From Candidatus Hadarchaeota archaeon (GTDB lineage: Archaea > CAYQAE01 > CAYVLA01), in contig CAYVLA010000002.1 of assembly GCA_964452145.1 (NCBI GenBank), positions 59,754-117,932 on the forward strand: 58,179 bases of DNA, in the 5' to 3' direction. The translations under genes and the position numbers were made by a program. Of the stretch, positions 9,533-19,496 are shown in pieces. The notes under the pieces were generated by a model that saw only the letters and a list, made by a program, of their open reading frames with translations, was not told the origin of the DNA and searched no databases. The stretch's first letter is position 1. Each line of letters starts with the position of its first letter.

Positions 9533-11539
9533 TTGGCAAGTTTGACGCAGGTTCGAAGTCCCTATCCTCTTCGCAAGGGACAGGACGAGTTGGTGGACTA
9601 TTTCAGCGAAGGCCTGTCCTCCGGCGGCGTTTGTCTGGCCCATGCCCCAACTGGCATTGGCAAGACCCTTGCAGCCCTTCTTGGGGCCATACCCCACCTA
9701 CCGGAGGGGGGAAAGATCATCTACGCGGTCAACAGGAAGAACCAGATCCCCATCATCATCAAGGAGTTGCGGATGATCAACGAGTGCAACGGCACCGACT
9801 ACAAGGTTACCGCCTTCGCTAGCAAGGCCGACCTTTGCAGGGACCCGGAGACCAAGAAACTCAGCTACCGGGAACTTGTGGAGGTGTGCGAATTGCGGAG
9901 GATGAACTGGGCATGTCCTTACTACCGTGCGCTCTTCGAGGGCGGCCGGGAGTCGGGAACGGAGCCGGATTCCGAGCCTAGGAGAGCGCGCAGGAAGTCG
10001 AAGGTGGCAGGGGAATTGGAGGCGAGGATGCTGGAGGAGATGCCGCCACCACACATGATCGAGAAGTTGGCAAGAACCGTCGAACAGGAGATTGGGGGCC
10101 CGCCGGTATGCATCTACGAGCTGTTGAAGTGGACTGCCAAGCAGTCCCATGTCCTCGCCGGCACGTTCTGGTACTCGTTCCACCCTCTCGTGGCGGCAAG
10201 CCTTCTCAGGACGCTGTCTCTGCGAATGAAGGACTGCATCCTTATCTGCGATGAGGCCCACAACCTGCCCAAATTCTGTAGGGACGCTCTTTCGGATGGA
10301 ATCTCTGCCACAAGGGTCCAGTACGCCATTCAGGAGGCGAGCCGTAACTCGAGCCATCTTGAGGAGAGCGGGATATCTGAGGAGGGCATCGTGACCTTCC
10401 TCTCGGCGTTCTTGGGCATCTTACGCCGCTTCAAATTCACCTCTGAGGGCGCCCATCTTCCGCTGGGCCTTGCGAGGATGGTTCTGAAGAAGGCCGGCAT
10501 TGATCCCTTGGAAGGGCCGGTTACGAGCTTGGAGGCCGCAGGTTCGGTCGTCTTGGAGACGAGAATCCGTGAAGGCCTTCCGCCCCTATCGCATCTGGCA
10601 ATCGCAGCATCGTTCATCCGGCCCTTTCTCCTCTGCGAAGACCGCTCATTTGAGCGATTCTGCGTCCTTTCCCAGACGCCCAAAGGGAAGTCGGCCAGGA
10701 GGCTGGAGATGAGGTGTCTTGACCCGGCCGTCCTGTCCTCGGAAGTCCTTGACCCTGCAAAGCCCACCGGGGTCAGAGGCGCGATCCTCATGTCGGGGAC
10801 GTTGGTTCCCGGGGGGTACTACCGGGACATCCTCGGCATACCGTTCGCATCTCACCGGGAGTTCCCCAACATCTTCCCGCAGGAGAACCGGGTACTCTTC
10901 CTTGATGACTCCATCTCACTTGCTTGGAAGGCGAGGAGCCAGGATATGTACTCCCGGATTCTTCAGAGGATCATCGCCATACGAGAGAATACCCCTGGGG
11001 GTTGCATGTTCTTCTTTCCTTCATATGATGTCATGCGGGAGTTGGTTGCTCTGTATCCTTTGGATGACATCTTGGTTGAGAAGAGGGCCGCGACCAAGAA
11101 GGAGGAAGTTGAGGGAGCCTTGATATCGGGTCGGAACATCCTCGCTGTTATGGGAGCTTCGCTGAGCGAGGGTCTGGACCTTCCGGGTTTGGTGAAAGCG
11201 ATCGCGATCTTCGGACTTCCACTGGAGAGGGTATCCGATACGACTAGGCTGGGAATAAACTACTATAACGCCAAATTCCCGGGTAGGGGCAGGGATTACT
11301 TCTACCATCTGCCAGCAGTCACCAAGATCGTTCAATCGGCGGGTAGGGCTCATCGACGAAGTGAGAACAAGGCAGCCCTGTACGTCTTTGATCGCAGATT
11401 CTGCAGGTACTATCTGGGAAGCGCGCCGTCATGGTGGAAGGATGAAGCGGTCAGGCTGAACGGAGTTGAGGACCTAGTCCGCTCCACTCGGGATTTCTGG
11501 GCGGGACAAGGATCGGCGCGTGGAGATGACGGGATTTGA
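9533..11539 (+). CDS. XPD/Rad3/DinG-family Fe-S DNA helicase
   Basis: Q motif LRKGQ, Walker A APTGIGKT, four Fe-S Cys (DLC..VC..ACPYY..VCIYE), DEAH, MSGTL, SEGLD and QSAGRAHR. Start at TTG 9533 or 9542; the ORF-track start overlaps the divergent gene. Confidence 0.92.
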   Translation: MASLTQVRSPYPLRKGQDELVDYFSEGLSSGGVCLAHAPTGIGKTLAALLGAIPHLPEGGKIIYAVNRKNQIPIIIKELRMINECNGTDYKVTAFASKADLCRDPETKKLSYRELVEVCELRRMNWACPYYRALFEGGRESGTEPDSEPRRARRKSKVAGELEARMLEEMPPPHMIEKLARTVEQEIGGPPVCIYELLKWTAKQSHVLAGTFWYSFHPLVAASLLRTLSLRMKDCILICDEAHNLPKFCRDALSDGISATRVQYAIQEASRNSSHLEESGISEEGIVTFLSAFLGILRRFKFTSEGAHLPLGLARMVLKKAGIDPLEGPVTSLEAAGSVVLETRIREGLPPLSHLAIAASFIRPFLLCEDRSFERFCVLSQTPKGKSARRLEMRCLDPAVLSSEVLDPAKPTGVRGAILMSGTLVPGGYYRDILGIPFASHREFPNIFPQENRVLFLDDSISLAWKARSQDMYSRILQRIIAIRENTPGGCMFFFPSYDVMRELVALYPLDDILVEKRAATKKEEVEGALISGRNILAVMGASLSEGLDLPGLVKAIAIFGLPLERVSDTTRLGINYYNAKFPGRGRDYFYHLPAVTKIVQSAGRAHRRSENKAALYVFDRRFCRYYLGSAPSWWKDEAVRLNGVEDLVRSTRDFWAGQGSARGDDGI

Positions 11540-11578
11540 TTTTTATTGCTTAGGGGAGAGGCCTCCCCGTGGTCGGAA

Positions 11579-12226
11579 TTGTCCAGGACATTGCTTCGAA
11601 TACCTAGGATGTTCACCAAGGAGGAACTGATCCGGATCGACTCTCGCACCCCCGAGGACTATGATCAGAAGGCAAAGGAGTTCTGGGATTACGCCAAGTC
11701 GCGGATCTCGGCCGTTGGCGGCAGACTGAAGAAGGTGTATCTGGAATCCAACGGCGTTCCAGGAAAGCGCCAGCTGGAAATGCTCAGGATCTCCGATCCC
11801 ATTGGCTACGAGGTAGTCAAGATGTCGCTGGAATCCGGCGCCGAGCTTGTGGAGGCGGAGAGCCCGGAGCTGGTCTTGGAGACGGTGTCCTGGATGCAGA
11901 AGCTGCAGGAGGTCCTGTCCGGAGAGTCTGACGATGCAGATAAGGCGTCCGCACTGCAGACCATCGGGAGTTTCCTCCAGGAGAGCATGGGGGAGAGGGA
12001 TCGGCACGTCGCGGAGTCGATAGCATCATCGCTCAAGGAGGGAGAGGTGGGCGTTCTCTTCATGGACCTATCTAGAGAGATCAATCTGCCTGCTGATATC
12101 AGGGTTGTTGTCACCTGTCCTTTCCAGCCAAGGGACTACCTCAATAGCTGGCTGGCAACCCTTAGGTTGAAAGGTCAGACCGAGGCCTCGACCTCGGACA
12201 AGGAAGGGGACAAGCAGGAGTCCTGA
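11579..12226 (+). CDS. Conserved hypothetical protein
   Basis: Natural composition with an ERDRHVAESIASSLKEGEVGVLF segment. Start at TTG 11579 or 11546. Confidence 0.7.
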   Translation: MSRTLLRIPRMFTKEELIRIDSRTPEDYDQKAKEFWDYAKSRISAVGGRLKKVYLESNGVPGKRQLEMLRISDPIGYEVVKMSLESGAELVEAESPELVLETVSWMQKLQEVLSGESDDADKASALQTIGSFLQESMGERDRHVAESIASSLKEGEVGVLFMDLSREINLPADIRVVVTCPFQPRDYLNSWLATLRLKGQTEASTSDKEGDKQES

Positions 12227-12304
12227 GGCGTGACATGATCTGTCGGCTGCTATCGGAATTGGGCAGGATTATCAGCCTATCCGCGCGGGTTTCCTACGAG
12301 GCAT

Positions 12305-12991
12305 ATGGCAGCTCGTAAGATAGGTGCCCTCCAATCGTCTGGTGCGGCCCTGGCGTTGTCTTTGCTGTGTTTGACCTGTGGCTGTCTCTGGGCACAAGAG
12401 CGCGAGAAACCCGTTGCCAACCTCTCCCTAGATAGGATCGATCCCGGAGAGTGGAGCGGAAGGGTGCCGAATCCGGGAAAGACAAACCTTGGCAGGACGA
12501 ATAGCATCAAGGGGACCCAAGTAATAGACCCTGAGACCTATGTGCTGACAATAGGTGGTGCGGTCGATAACGCGATTACAGTCGGCCTGAAGGAAATCCT
12601 CGAACGTCCTTATGTGGAGAGAAGGAACGTCATGTACTGCGTAGAGGGTTGGAGCTGGTCGGCGGACTGGGTCGGGATAGCCGTCCGGGACATCCTGGGT
12701 GAAGTCCGGCCCTGGCCCACTGCCAGGCGGGTCATATTCTACGCGGCCGACGGATACACGAGCTCTTTCCCAATCGAGGAGCTTAACGGATCCGATCTGT
12801 TCATCCTAGCTTACAAGGCAAATGGCGAGTTCCTCCCCGAGAAAGAGGGCTACCCCGTCCGTCTGGTTGCTGAGGGCAAGTGGGGATACAAGTGGGTGAA
12901 GTGGGTTGTCAAAATGGAGGTAAGTGAGAATGCTGACCACAGAGGGTACTGGGAGACCCGAGGCTACTCGGACGAAGCCGATGTCAAATGA
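12305..12991 (+). CDS. Molybdopterin-dependent oxidoreductase (sulfite oxidase/MsrP-like Moco domain), exported
   Basis: YCVEGWS with the Mo-ligand Cys, DGYTSS, GYPVRLVAEGKWGYKWVKWV and GYWETRGY. Hydrophobic N-terminus. Confidence 0.88.
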   Translation: MAARKIGALQSSGAALALSLLCLTCGCLWAQEREKPVANLSLDRIDPGEWSGRVPNPGKTNLGRTNSIKGTQVIDPETYVLTIGGAVDNAITVGLKEILERPYVERRNVMYCVEGWSWSADWVGIAVRDILGEVRPWPTARRVIFYAADGYTSSFPIEELNGSDLFILAYKANGEFLPEKEGYPVRLVAEGKWGYKWVKWVVKMEVSENADHRGYWETRGYSDEADVK

Positions 12992-13141
12992 GGCTGGGGA
13001 TTCCTAGACATTGGTTCACGCCAATGAACAGTGTTCGACGAATGCTAGGGGTTGCAGATCAACCTTTCGGGTACCCCTCCATCGAGCGGCGATACAGCCT
13101 CACCTCGGAAAGGATCAAGAAGCAGTTCGCCCAAAAAATGG

Positions 13142-15580
13142 TCAGATCTGCAGGCGGAGCTTGTGGGCGAGCTGGGCGTAGTCCTGGTGTATGTCGGTGA
13201 TCACCTGAAGCGCTGCTTCTCCATCCTGCGTCAACAATCTATCTTCCAGACTGACGATCTTGAGGTTTATGGCCGTGACGGTCGCGTATATATCGGAAAT
13301 GTCATCCCTGCCGATGGGCAACTGCAAATCCCCAGGGGCTGATGACAAAACCGTGAGGAGTTCGGCCAAATGCTCCTTCCCGCTTGTGGACTGGGTCTTG
13401 ACCTCGGTTAGGATTCTCTGGGCGGATTCCCAGTTGCTGGACTGTATCGCCTTCTCCAACCTAGCGAAGTCGTGGAAGAAGTCCTTGAAGTCCCTGGCCG
13501 CTGCTATCAAGCTCGTGATTCCGGTGGCGAGGTCACAGAGGGCATCCAAGCTTCTGAGGTATCTCAGAACCTCTCGGAGCATATCAACGCTGGAAGAGGC
13601 CAGCTGGTTCGCGTATCCGTATCGGCCTTCTCTGGCCTTGGCGATCATGGCTTCTATGTCGGCTTCGATCTCCGCTAGCTTCCTCTCAAGATCCTGTGAG
13701 TGAATGATCAAGGCCTGCGCGTCCTTTTCCCACTCCCACAACTCCATCTCGGTCAGATCTTGAACGGGTTTGCTCCCGAATTTCTCCCGGATGCGGTGGA
13801 CATCCTCTGCAACTTTGACTGCGTGATCGACCAGATCCAGCATCTTCTCAATCAGTCCGATGGCCTCCGAGAGGAAGGAAAGGCCATTGCCGACGTCCCC
13901 ATTCTCAGACAGGACTCTGGCGATCGTTGGGTCTTGGAAAGCGTCTTTGAAACCGGAGAGGTTCGAAATGACCTGGTCAGTGTCCGGAAGATTCTCCGGG
14001 TCCCTGAGGTCGATCAGACCCGGTGCCAGATCGGCTAGTGAATACGAGGCAAATAGCAGATGTGTGGCGGGCGCAATGGGTCTGCCCCCATGCCCCAGCA
14101 ACACCTCGGCTATGTCGGTGCCCTTTCTCAAGTCGTCGAGGTCTGCCAGCAGTTCTCTGATGCCGTCGGCCACTTCGGGGAACCTATCATCGAACACATC
14201 CGGTTGGAGCTGTGAGAAGTTATCGAGGGCTGATCTGATGAAATCGAAGCCCGACAGTATCTGGACAAAGGATGAATCGATGTGCAGTATCCCGGCTCTA
14301 ACGGCGTTCTCATCAAGATCCTCCTCCATGATCCTCGGGCCCAGAACTTCGAAGGAGTCGACGCTGAGCGCACCGCCCTGAAAGACCATCAGTACTCCCT
14401 CAAGAACGCCTATTGCCCCGAGGCCTGATGCCTGAAGCCCGATGGTTGCCTCAGATATGGCCCAAGCCAAGCTCCTCAGGGCCGGCGAGTACTTCCCCAC
14501 GAACGGCATGCGTCCCACAGAATCGAATGCCCTCAGATCCTCAAGGCCGGTGAGAAGTCTGCGACTCTTAGCGAAATCCTTTCCTGCTGATTCCATGCTG
14601 ATCCTGACGCGGGAGAGAGTCTCATTGTTGATCTGGCCTTTCTGAGCCAGGTCCACGATTTCCGAGCCCTTGAGGGCTCCGAGGCCGATGCCAGCTCCGA
14701 ATTCTGCAGAACCGACGCATACGGTATACGCGTAGGGCAACATCAACCCTGGCACAAGCAGCACCAGGACCAGGATGAGAGCTAGGAGGGCTCTCATCGT
14801 GGCGCGCGACATGGTGGTGTTGGCGAGTACAACGGCCGCGACGCCCACCAGAGCCACAGAGATCAAGGCCACGACGGCATCCAAGGCCAAGGCTAGGCTA
14901 GAAGCCGTTGCCAACACCTTGCTCAATCCGGTCAGGTTGCCCAGGGGGCCATCGGATGTCATCCCCTCCTGGAGAGTTCCGCTGGCTGCATGGAAAGGCA
15001 TCGCTACCGGGTAGATCCCGATCGCTGACATCCCCAGGGATATCAGAAAGACCAGAGCGATTCCAATCAGCACGGTCCGAGCCTTCGCTCTATACACGGA
15101 ACCCAGAACCGCAACCGATGCCAAAGCGATGAGGTAGGCTCGGAACCTCCACAGCAGGTCGGTTTCGAGGCTTCCCAAGGTCGGAATGATCAGCAGGGCC
15201 ATCAGAAGGAGAATGAAGGCTGGAAGGAGTAACCATCTTCCGGACCTGAGTCGGGAGAAACCAGCCGCTAGTGGAGATGCCTTGATTCTTGAGGCAACGT
15301 TGCCCTTGGTGCTCAGAGCCTGTATCAGGATGCCAACTGCCACCCATGCGAGCGATGACACAAGCAAGGTGGGCAGGCCCGCTCCGACGGGGGCCGTGGC
15401 CAGAAGGCAGATGCTGACAGCTTGCATGATCATGCTGATGATGACGGCCGACACGATCCTGAAGTGCCGCGGCGATCGGGGCCAGCCTGCCTGCGACAGG
15501 AGACAACCGGCAAGTAGGAAAGGGGGGTAGGAGAGTGTCGCGTTGATGATGAGGGCCATCTGTGATTCGGCTCTTCTCAT
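13142..15580 (-). CDS. Large membrane protein: about 8-9 N-terminal TM helices plus a long helical/coiled-coil domain
   Basis: 812-aa ORF. The first ~290 aa are hydrophobic and the remainder is Leu/Asp/Glu-rich amphipathic helix. Confidence 0.75.
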   Translation of the reverse strand: MRRAESQMALIINATLSYPPFLLAGCLLSQAGWPRSPRHFRIVSAVIISMIMQAVSICLLATAPVGAGLPTLLVSSLAWVAVGILIQALSTKGNVASRIKASPLAAGFSRLRSGRWLLLPAFILLLMALLIIPTLGSLETDLLWRFRAYLIALASVAVLGSVYRAKARTVLIGIALVFLISLGMSAIGIYPVAMPFHAASGTLQEGMTSDGPLGNLTGLSKVLATASSLALALDAVVALISVALVGVAAVVLANTTMSRATMRALLALILVLVLLVPGLMLPYAYTVCVGSAEFGAGIGLGALKGSEIVDLAQKGQINNETLSRVRISMESAGKDFAKSRRLLTGLEDLRAFDSVGRMPFVGKYSPALRSLAWAISEATIGLQASGLGAIGVLEGVLMVFQGGALSVDSFEVLGPRIMEEDLDENAVRAGILHIDSSFVQILSGFDFIRSALDNFSQLQPDVFDDRFPEVADGIRELLADLDDLRKGTDIAEVLLGHGGRPIAPATHLLFASYSLADLAPGLIDLRDPENLPDTDQVISNLSGFKDAFQDPTIARVLSENGDVGNGLSFLSEAIGLIEKMLDLVDHAVKVAEDVHRIREKFGSKPVQDLTEMELWEWEKDAQALIIHSQDLERKLAEIEADIEAMIAKAREGRYGYANQLASSSVDMLREVLRYLRSLDALCDLATGITSLIAAARDFKDFFHDFARLEKAIQSSNWESAQRILTEVKTQSTSGKEHLAELLTVLSSAPGDLQLPIGRDDISDIYATVTAINLKIVSLEDRLLTQDGEAALQVITDIHQDYAQLAHKLRLQI

Positions 15581-15672
15581 TCGGTGCTTGATAATCCTTC
15601 CACTTCTTCACGCGATGCCAAAACGGGAAACGCAATGAGGCTTGAAGGCATCAAAGATGTGATTGGAGGCCC

Positions 15673-16815
15673 TCAGATGCCCGGTCGGGTCCCGGGTCTT
15701 CTCCTCATCAGGGCTAGTCCGAGACCAAGCAACAACCCTGCTTGGGGAGGGAGCCCGGGAGATTCCGTAACCCTGTAAACATGAACATCGTGGGGGTCGA
15801 AGACTTCCTCGATGATTCCATCGATGGCTCTTACGCTGCGGTCCTCAAAGAGGACCTCTGCCGACCGTATGGATTTGTCCACAGGCAGGCAAAGCGTCTG
15901 CGCCTCCGGTCCGGCGTTGACGCCGATGAAGTACGTTGAACCGTTGTGCTGGCCTTCCAGCAGGTGGATGGTTGAAACCTCCCAGCTGCGAATCGTTGGA
16001 GAGGTCAACACAGGGGAGAGAACCTGCAACTCCGCTGACATGTCCCTGATGGTGTGCCACAGGGGTGTGTCCTGCAGGTGGAAGTTCCAGGCGGCCACCT
16101 GGTAGGTGTAGTACAGCACACCCGAGGCCCCATGGACCAGCGCCTGATAGGTCATGCATCTGAGTTCCCGCGCTGTGGGGAGGCGCTTCCCCGGCCAAGG
16201 GAATGCTTGAAGCACCGCCCATACCGGTTTCCCCGAATCCCGACGAGCACGAGCAATGCACTCCGAAACATAATCGATCCCTATTCCATGTCCGATCTCG
16301 ACAGGATATGGGTCTGTCGCCACGATGTCGCACGCGGATGCGTATTCCGAGTAAGGCCAAGGGTGGTACCAGTATGCAGGCGAGACGACGAGCACGACCG
16401 GCCTGAATGGGTCCCGAGACTTGATGAGCCGATACACCTCTTCGCACCTTGAGGCCGGAACCCCAACCTCATTTGGCTCATCGAAGGTGAACCAAGCAAG
16501 GTTTGTTGGGTGATCAAGATGAGCTCTCACAACACTCAGTATCTCCTCGTCGCTCTTGGTCCGGGCAATCAGCCAATGGAGAGCATAGAGGTTGGCGTTT
16601 GACGCCCATTCATACAGCCCTGGGAGCATCCCTTCCGCGACGTTGAGCCCGCAATCCCGCACCTGATATGCATCTTCCTGGCTGTTAACGTCGAAGACGC
16701 CGAAGGGGATGAAGGATGTTCCGTTGACCTGGAGGAATCCGTTCTCGGCGATTCGGGGTGCTTCACCTCGGGCTGTCATCGTCAACGCGACCGCGCATAG
16801 GACGATTGTCGACAT
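15673..16815 (-). CDS. Secreted glycoside-hydrolase-like TIM-barrel protein with C-terminal anchor
   Basis: HPTNLAWFTFDEPN, DIVATDPYP, KPVWAVLQAF and YQALVHGASGVLYY. Signal peptide from ATG 16815. Tail LLLGLGLALMRRR. Confidence 0.7.
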   Translation of the reverse strand: MSTIVLCAVALTMTARGEAPRIAENGFLQVNGTSFIPFGVFDVNSQEDAYQVRDCGLNVAEGMLPGLYEWASNANLYALHWLIARTKSDEEILSVVRAHLDHPTNLAWFTFDEPNEVGVPASRCEEVYRLIKSRDPFRPVVLVVSPAYWYHPWPYSEYASACDIVATDPYPVEIGHGIGIDYVSECIARARRDSGKPVWAVLQAFPWPGKRLPTARELRCMTYQALVHGASGVLYYTYQVAAWNFHLQDTPLWHTIRDMSAELQVLSPVLTSPTIRSWEVSTIHLLEGQHNGSTYFIGVNAGPEAQTLCLPVDKSIRSAEVLFEDRSVRAIDGIIEEVFDPHDVHVYRVTESPGLPPQAGLLLGLGLALMRRRPGTRPGI

Positions 16816-16819
16816 GAGG

Positions 16820-18142
16820 TCAGTGGTACGTCTTGGGGACAAAGCCGGGACGCTCCGACGGAAAAAGGTCTCTGCAGATCTCGTGAACACGCCCCACGAG
16901 TTCGGGTCTACAGAAGACGAAGAAGTTCCATATGGCTAGGTACTGGTTCTCGACTTGGTCTAGGTCCCGGGAGAGGGATCTCCTGTGTCTATGTAGCTGC
17001 TCGACCATTCCCTCCTCATCGCGGGCAAAGACCTTAGCCTCCTTCATCGTGCCCAGATCGGGGCAGTGTATGATTACATCTCCCTCCGCTGCCCTTAGCC
17101 CCTCATGCTCAAGGCGGGACACGATCGATTCTTCGGCTCTCTCCCTCTCTTCGCCTGGTCTGTTGTACAGGGATATGAGGTCATTGCGCTTGCTGGGTCC
17201 GATGTCGGATCCGAGAACGTAGGATCTCTTGAAGAGCTTCCGATTCTCGACGCGTTCGACAAGGTCTCGAACCGGAGCCATCTCCGATTTCCTTAGGGCC
17301 TCGAGAAGGGTCCAGTCATTCATCCCAAGTAGGATGGAGGCGTCGAATCCACTGGCTATGCTGATCTCAAGGGCCTTTGATATCATCGCTCCAGAGGCCT
17401 GTTTGGCGTGATGGTAGTAGACTCTCTCCGTGAGGAAATAGCGCATGCGGAGGAGATGAAGGACCTCCGACCGTGCATCTTGGCGCACCATTCCGCCCTT
17501 CCCGAGGTCCACCGCTAGGACTTGCCTAGAGGAGCGACCGACACTGTACTCGGCAAGCACGAAGTAGCGAAAGAGCCGATCATCGTAGTTCTGGGCTAGC
17601 CCTGTGAAGTAGGAGTCTCGACGGAGATAGTCGAGGAGATCCGCGCTGACCGCGTCCTTCACCACCTGTGCCATCCATGGTTTGGGATGGCGACTATCCG
17701 GCGCTTCCCCTGCTCGCAGGATCGATTGGACTTCCTTCAATGATCCCATGTCGGCAAGGGCATCGTGGAGTTCTCCCCCGGATAGCATGCGCTCGAGCCG
17801 ATCTCCCTTGTCGTGCCCGGGCAGGATCTTGCGCTCATCCTCAAATGTGTGGCCGAAGGGTACGTGGGTCACATCATGTACAAGGGAGGATAGGGTGATG
17901 ACCTGTTCCTCCTGCTTACCGATTTCGTGACCTTTTGATCGTAGGGAGGCGACAATCCGTCTGGCCATTGCCATCGTGCCAATCGAGTGATCGAAGCGCG
18001 TGTGCACTGCACCGGGGTAGATCAGGTAGGCGGTCCCGAGCTGCTTTATTCCCCGAAGCCTCTGGATCTCCTTGGCGTCGAGAATCCTTGCCTCCTCTTC
18101 GTTGAATTCCACGTCCCCGTGTACGGGATCGCGTATGATCAA
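16820..18142 (-). CDS. HD-domain dNTP triphosphohydrolase (SAMHD1/dGTPase-like)
   Basis: IRDPVHG, QRLRGIKQLG, YPGAVHTRFDHSIG, LVHDVTHVPFGH, ADLLDYLRRD and VYYHH. Confidence 0.9.
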   Translation of the reverse strand: MIIRDPVHGDVEFNEEEARILDAKEIQRLRGIKQLGTAYLIYPGAVHTRFDHSIGTMAMARRIVASLRSKGHEIGKQEEQVITLSSLVHDVTHVPFGHTFEDERKILPGHDKGDRLERMLSGGELHDALADMGSLKEVQSILRAGEAPDSRHPKPWMAQVVKDAVSADLLDYLRRDSYFTGLAQNYDDRLFRYFVLAEYSVGRSSRQVLAVDLGKGGMVRQDARSEVLHLLRMRYFLTERVYYHHAKQASGAMISKALEISIASGFDASILLGMNDWTLLEALRKSEMAPVRDLVERVENRKLFKRSYVLGSDIGPSKRNDLISLYNRPGEERERAEESIVSRLEHEGLRAAEGDVIIHCPDLGTMKEAKVFARDEEGMVEQLHRHRRSLSRDLDQVENQYLAIWNFFVFCRPELVGRVHEICRDLFPSERPGFVPKTYH

Positions 18143-18218
18143 GCGATCGCCTGCAACGACAGGGGCTCCGAGGTGATATTGCTTTCCTCCAGGACCTTGC
18201 GGGACACAGCTTAAGCTG

Positions 18219-19496
18219 TCATCGCCTCGCCTGGTAGGGACCCACTATGGACGTGACGCATTCGTCGGGCCTCAGGTAGTCCGCGGACACGCGCTGGATG
18301 TCATCGCGGGTCAGGGATCTGATGATGGCCTCATACCTGTCAACGAAGTCCAGTCCCAGATCGAAGCGCTCGATTTCGTGCATGAGCGCCGCGGCCGCCT
18401 CGCAGGTCTCCAGCCTGAGAGCTAGCGAACCAATTCGATTTGTGATCGCGTCTCGGTGCTCGCGCTTTGTCACTGGTTCCCTCCCGATCCTCTTCATCTC
18501 GTCCAAGATGCTCTCGGCCGCCCTGTCCACGTTTGCCGGGTTGACGCCTGCGTACGCCAGCCAGTAGCCACCGGTCGTCCTGGGGGCATAGGAGCTGGCT
18601 GCGTAATAGGCCAGTCCCTGCCTGTCCCTGATATTCTTCCCCAGCCGACCCATCAAACCCATCGTCCCAAGAATAGTGTTAGCAAGGCCCAGAGCATAGT
18701 TGTCCGGATGGTTTCTTGGAACCGTCTGGCACATCACTGCGATATCGACCTGCGATTTGTGCATCATCGGGGTCACTCTCCGAGCAGCCTTGATCGGTCT
18801 CTTCACCAGCACTGAGGGGAACTCCGGGTTTCGGCCGGCAGGTTCCCAATTCCGGCAGTGTTTCGACAGGGCCTCCCGCACCCGGTCGGAGGTGATACTG
18901 CCCGAGAAAGAGAGGATCGTGGACTGGGGCCCGTAGTGCTTCTTCCAGAAGGAGCATATGTCGTCCCGCGTAATTGCATTGATCGTCTCCTCGTAGCCAC
19001 CGGGGTCCGTGTGGTAGCGGTTGCCTTCCGGAAAGAGCATCTCCCTCGCGGTCCTGCTGGCCACGGCCGACGTGCTGTCCTCCCTCTCCTTGATCTGCGT
19101 CAACATCAGCCCTCGGACCTTCTCCACCTCGGATTCCGGGAAGATCGGGTCGGTCATACAGTCGAAAAGGATCTCGACCGTTTTATTCAGAGTTGGAGGA
19201 GTGCATCTCGAAGAAGACCATGCCAGATCGTCATCGGCGTGGAATCGGATCCCGGCACCAAGCGACTCGGCTTCGTCTATGATCTGCATATGCTTCCTCT
19301 TTCCGGTGCCTCGCATCATCATACCCGCCACGAATCGCGAAAGGCCGGAGTGAGCCGCATCGTCGAAGAGGGCCCCTGCCCGGCAGGACCCTTTGATGAC
19401 TATCAATTCGGATTCGGGTCGCGGGTTGACTAGGACCACCAGCCCGTTTTCAAGCTCAAGCCTCTCGATCCTGAGGGAACCTACCAATGAATTCAC
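18219..19496 (-). CDS. M16 peptidase family, non-catalytic subunit
   Basis: LENGL, MMMRGT and IRDRQGLAYY. The HXXEH motif is replaced by RFVAG. Overlaps the upstream partner at GTGA. Confidence 0.85.
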   Translation of the reverse strand: MNSLVGSLRIERLELENGLVVLVNPRPESELIVIKGSCRAGALFDDAAHSGLSRFVAGMMMRGTGKRKHMQIIDEAESLGAGIRFHADDDLAWSSSRCTPPTLNKTVEILFDCMTDPIFPESEVEKVRGLMLTQIKEREDSTSAVASRTAREMLFPEGNRYHTDPGGYEETINAITRDDICSFWKKHYGPQSTILSFSGSITSDRVREALSKHCRNWEPAGRNPEFPSVLVKRPIKAARRVTPMMHKSQVDIAVMCQTVPRNHPDNYALGLANTILGTMGLMGRLGKNIRDRQGLAYYAASSYAPRTTGGYWLAYAGVNPANVDRAAESILDEMKRIGREPVTKREHRDAITNRIGSLALRLETCEAAAALMHEIERFDLGLDFVDRYEAIIRSLTRDDIQRVSADYLRPDECVTSIVGPYQARR

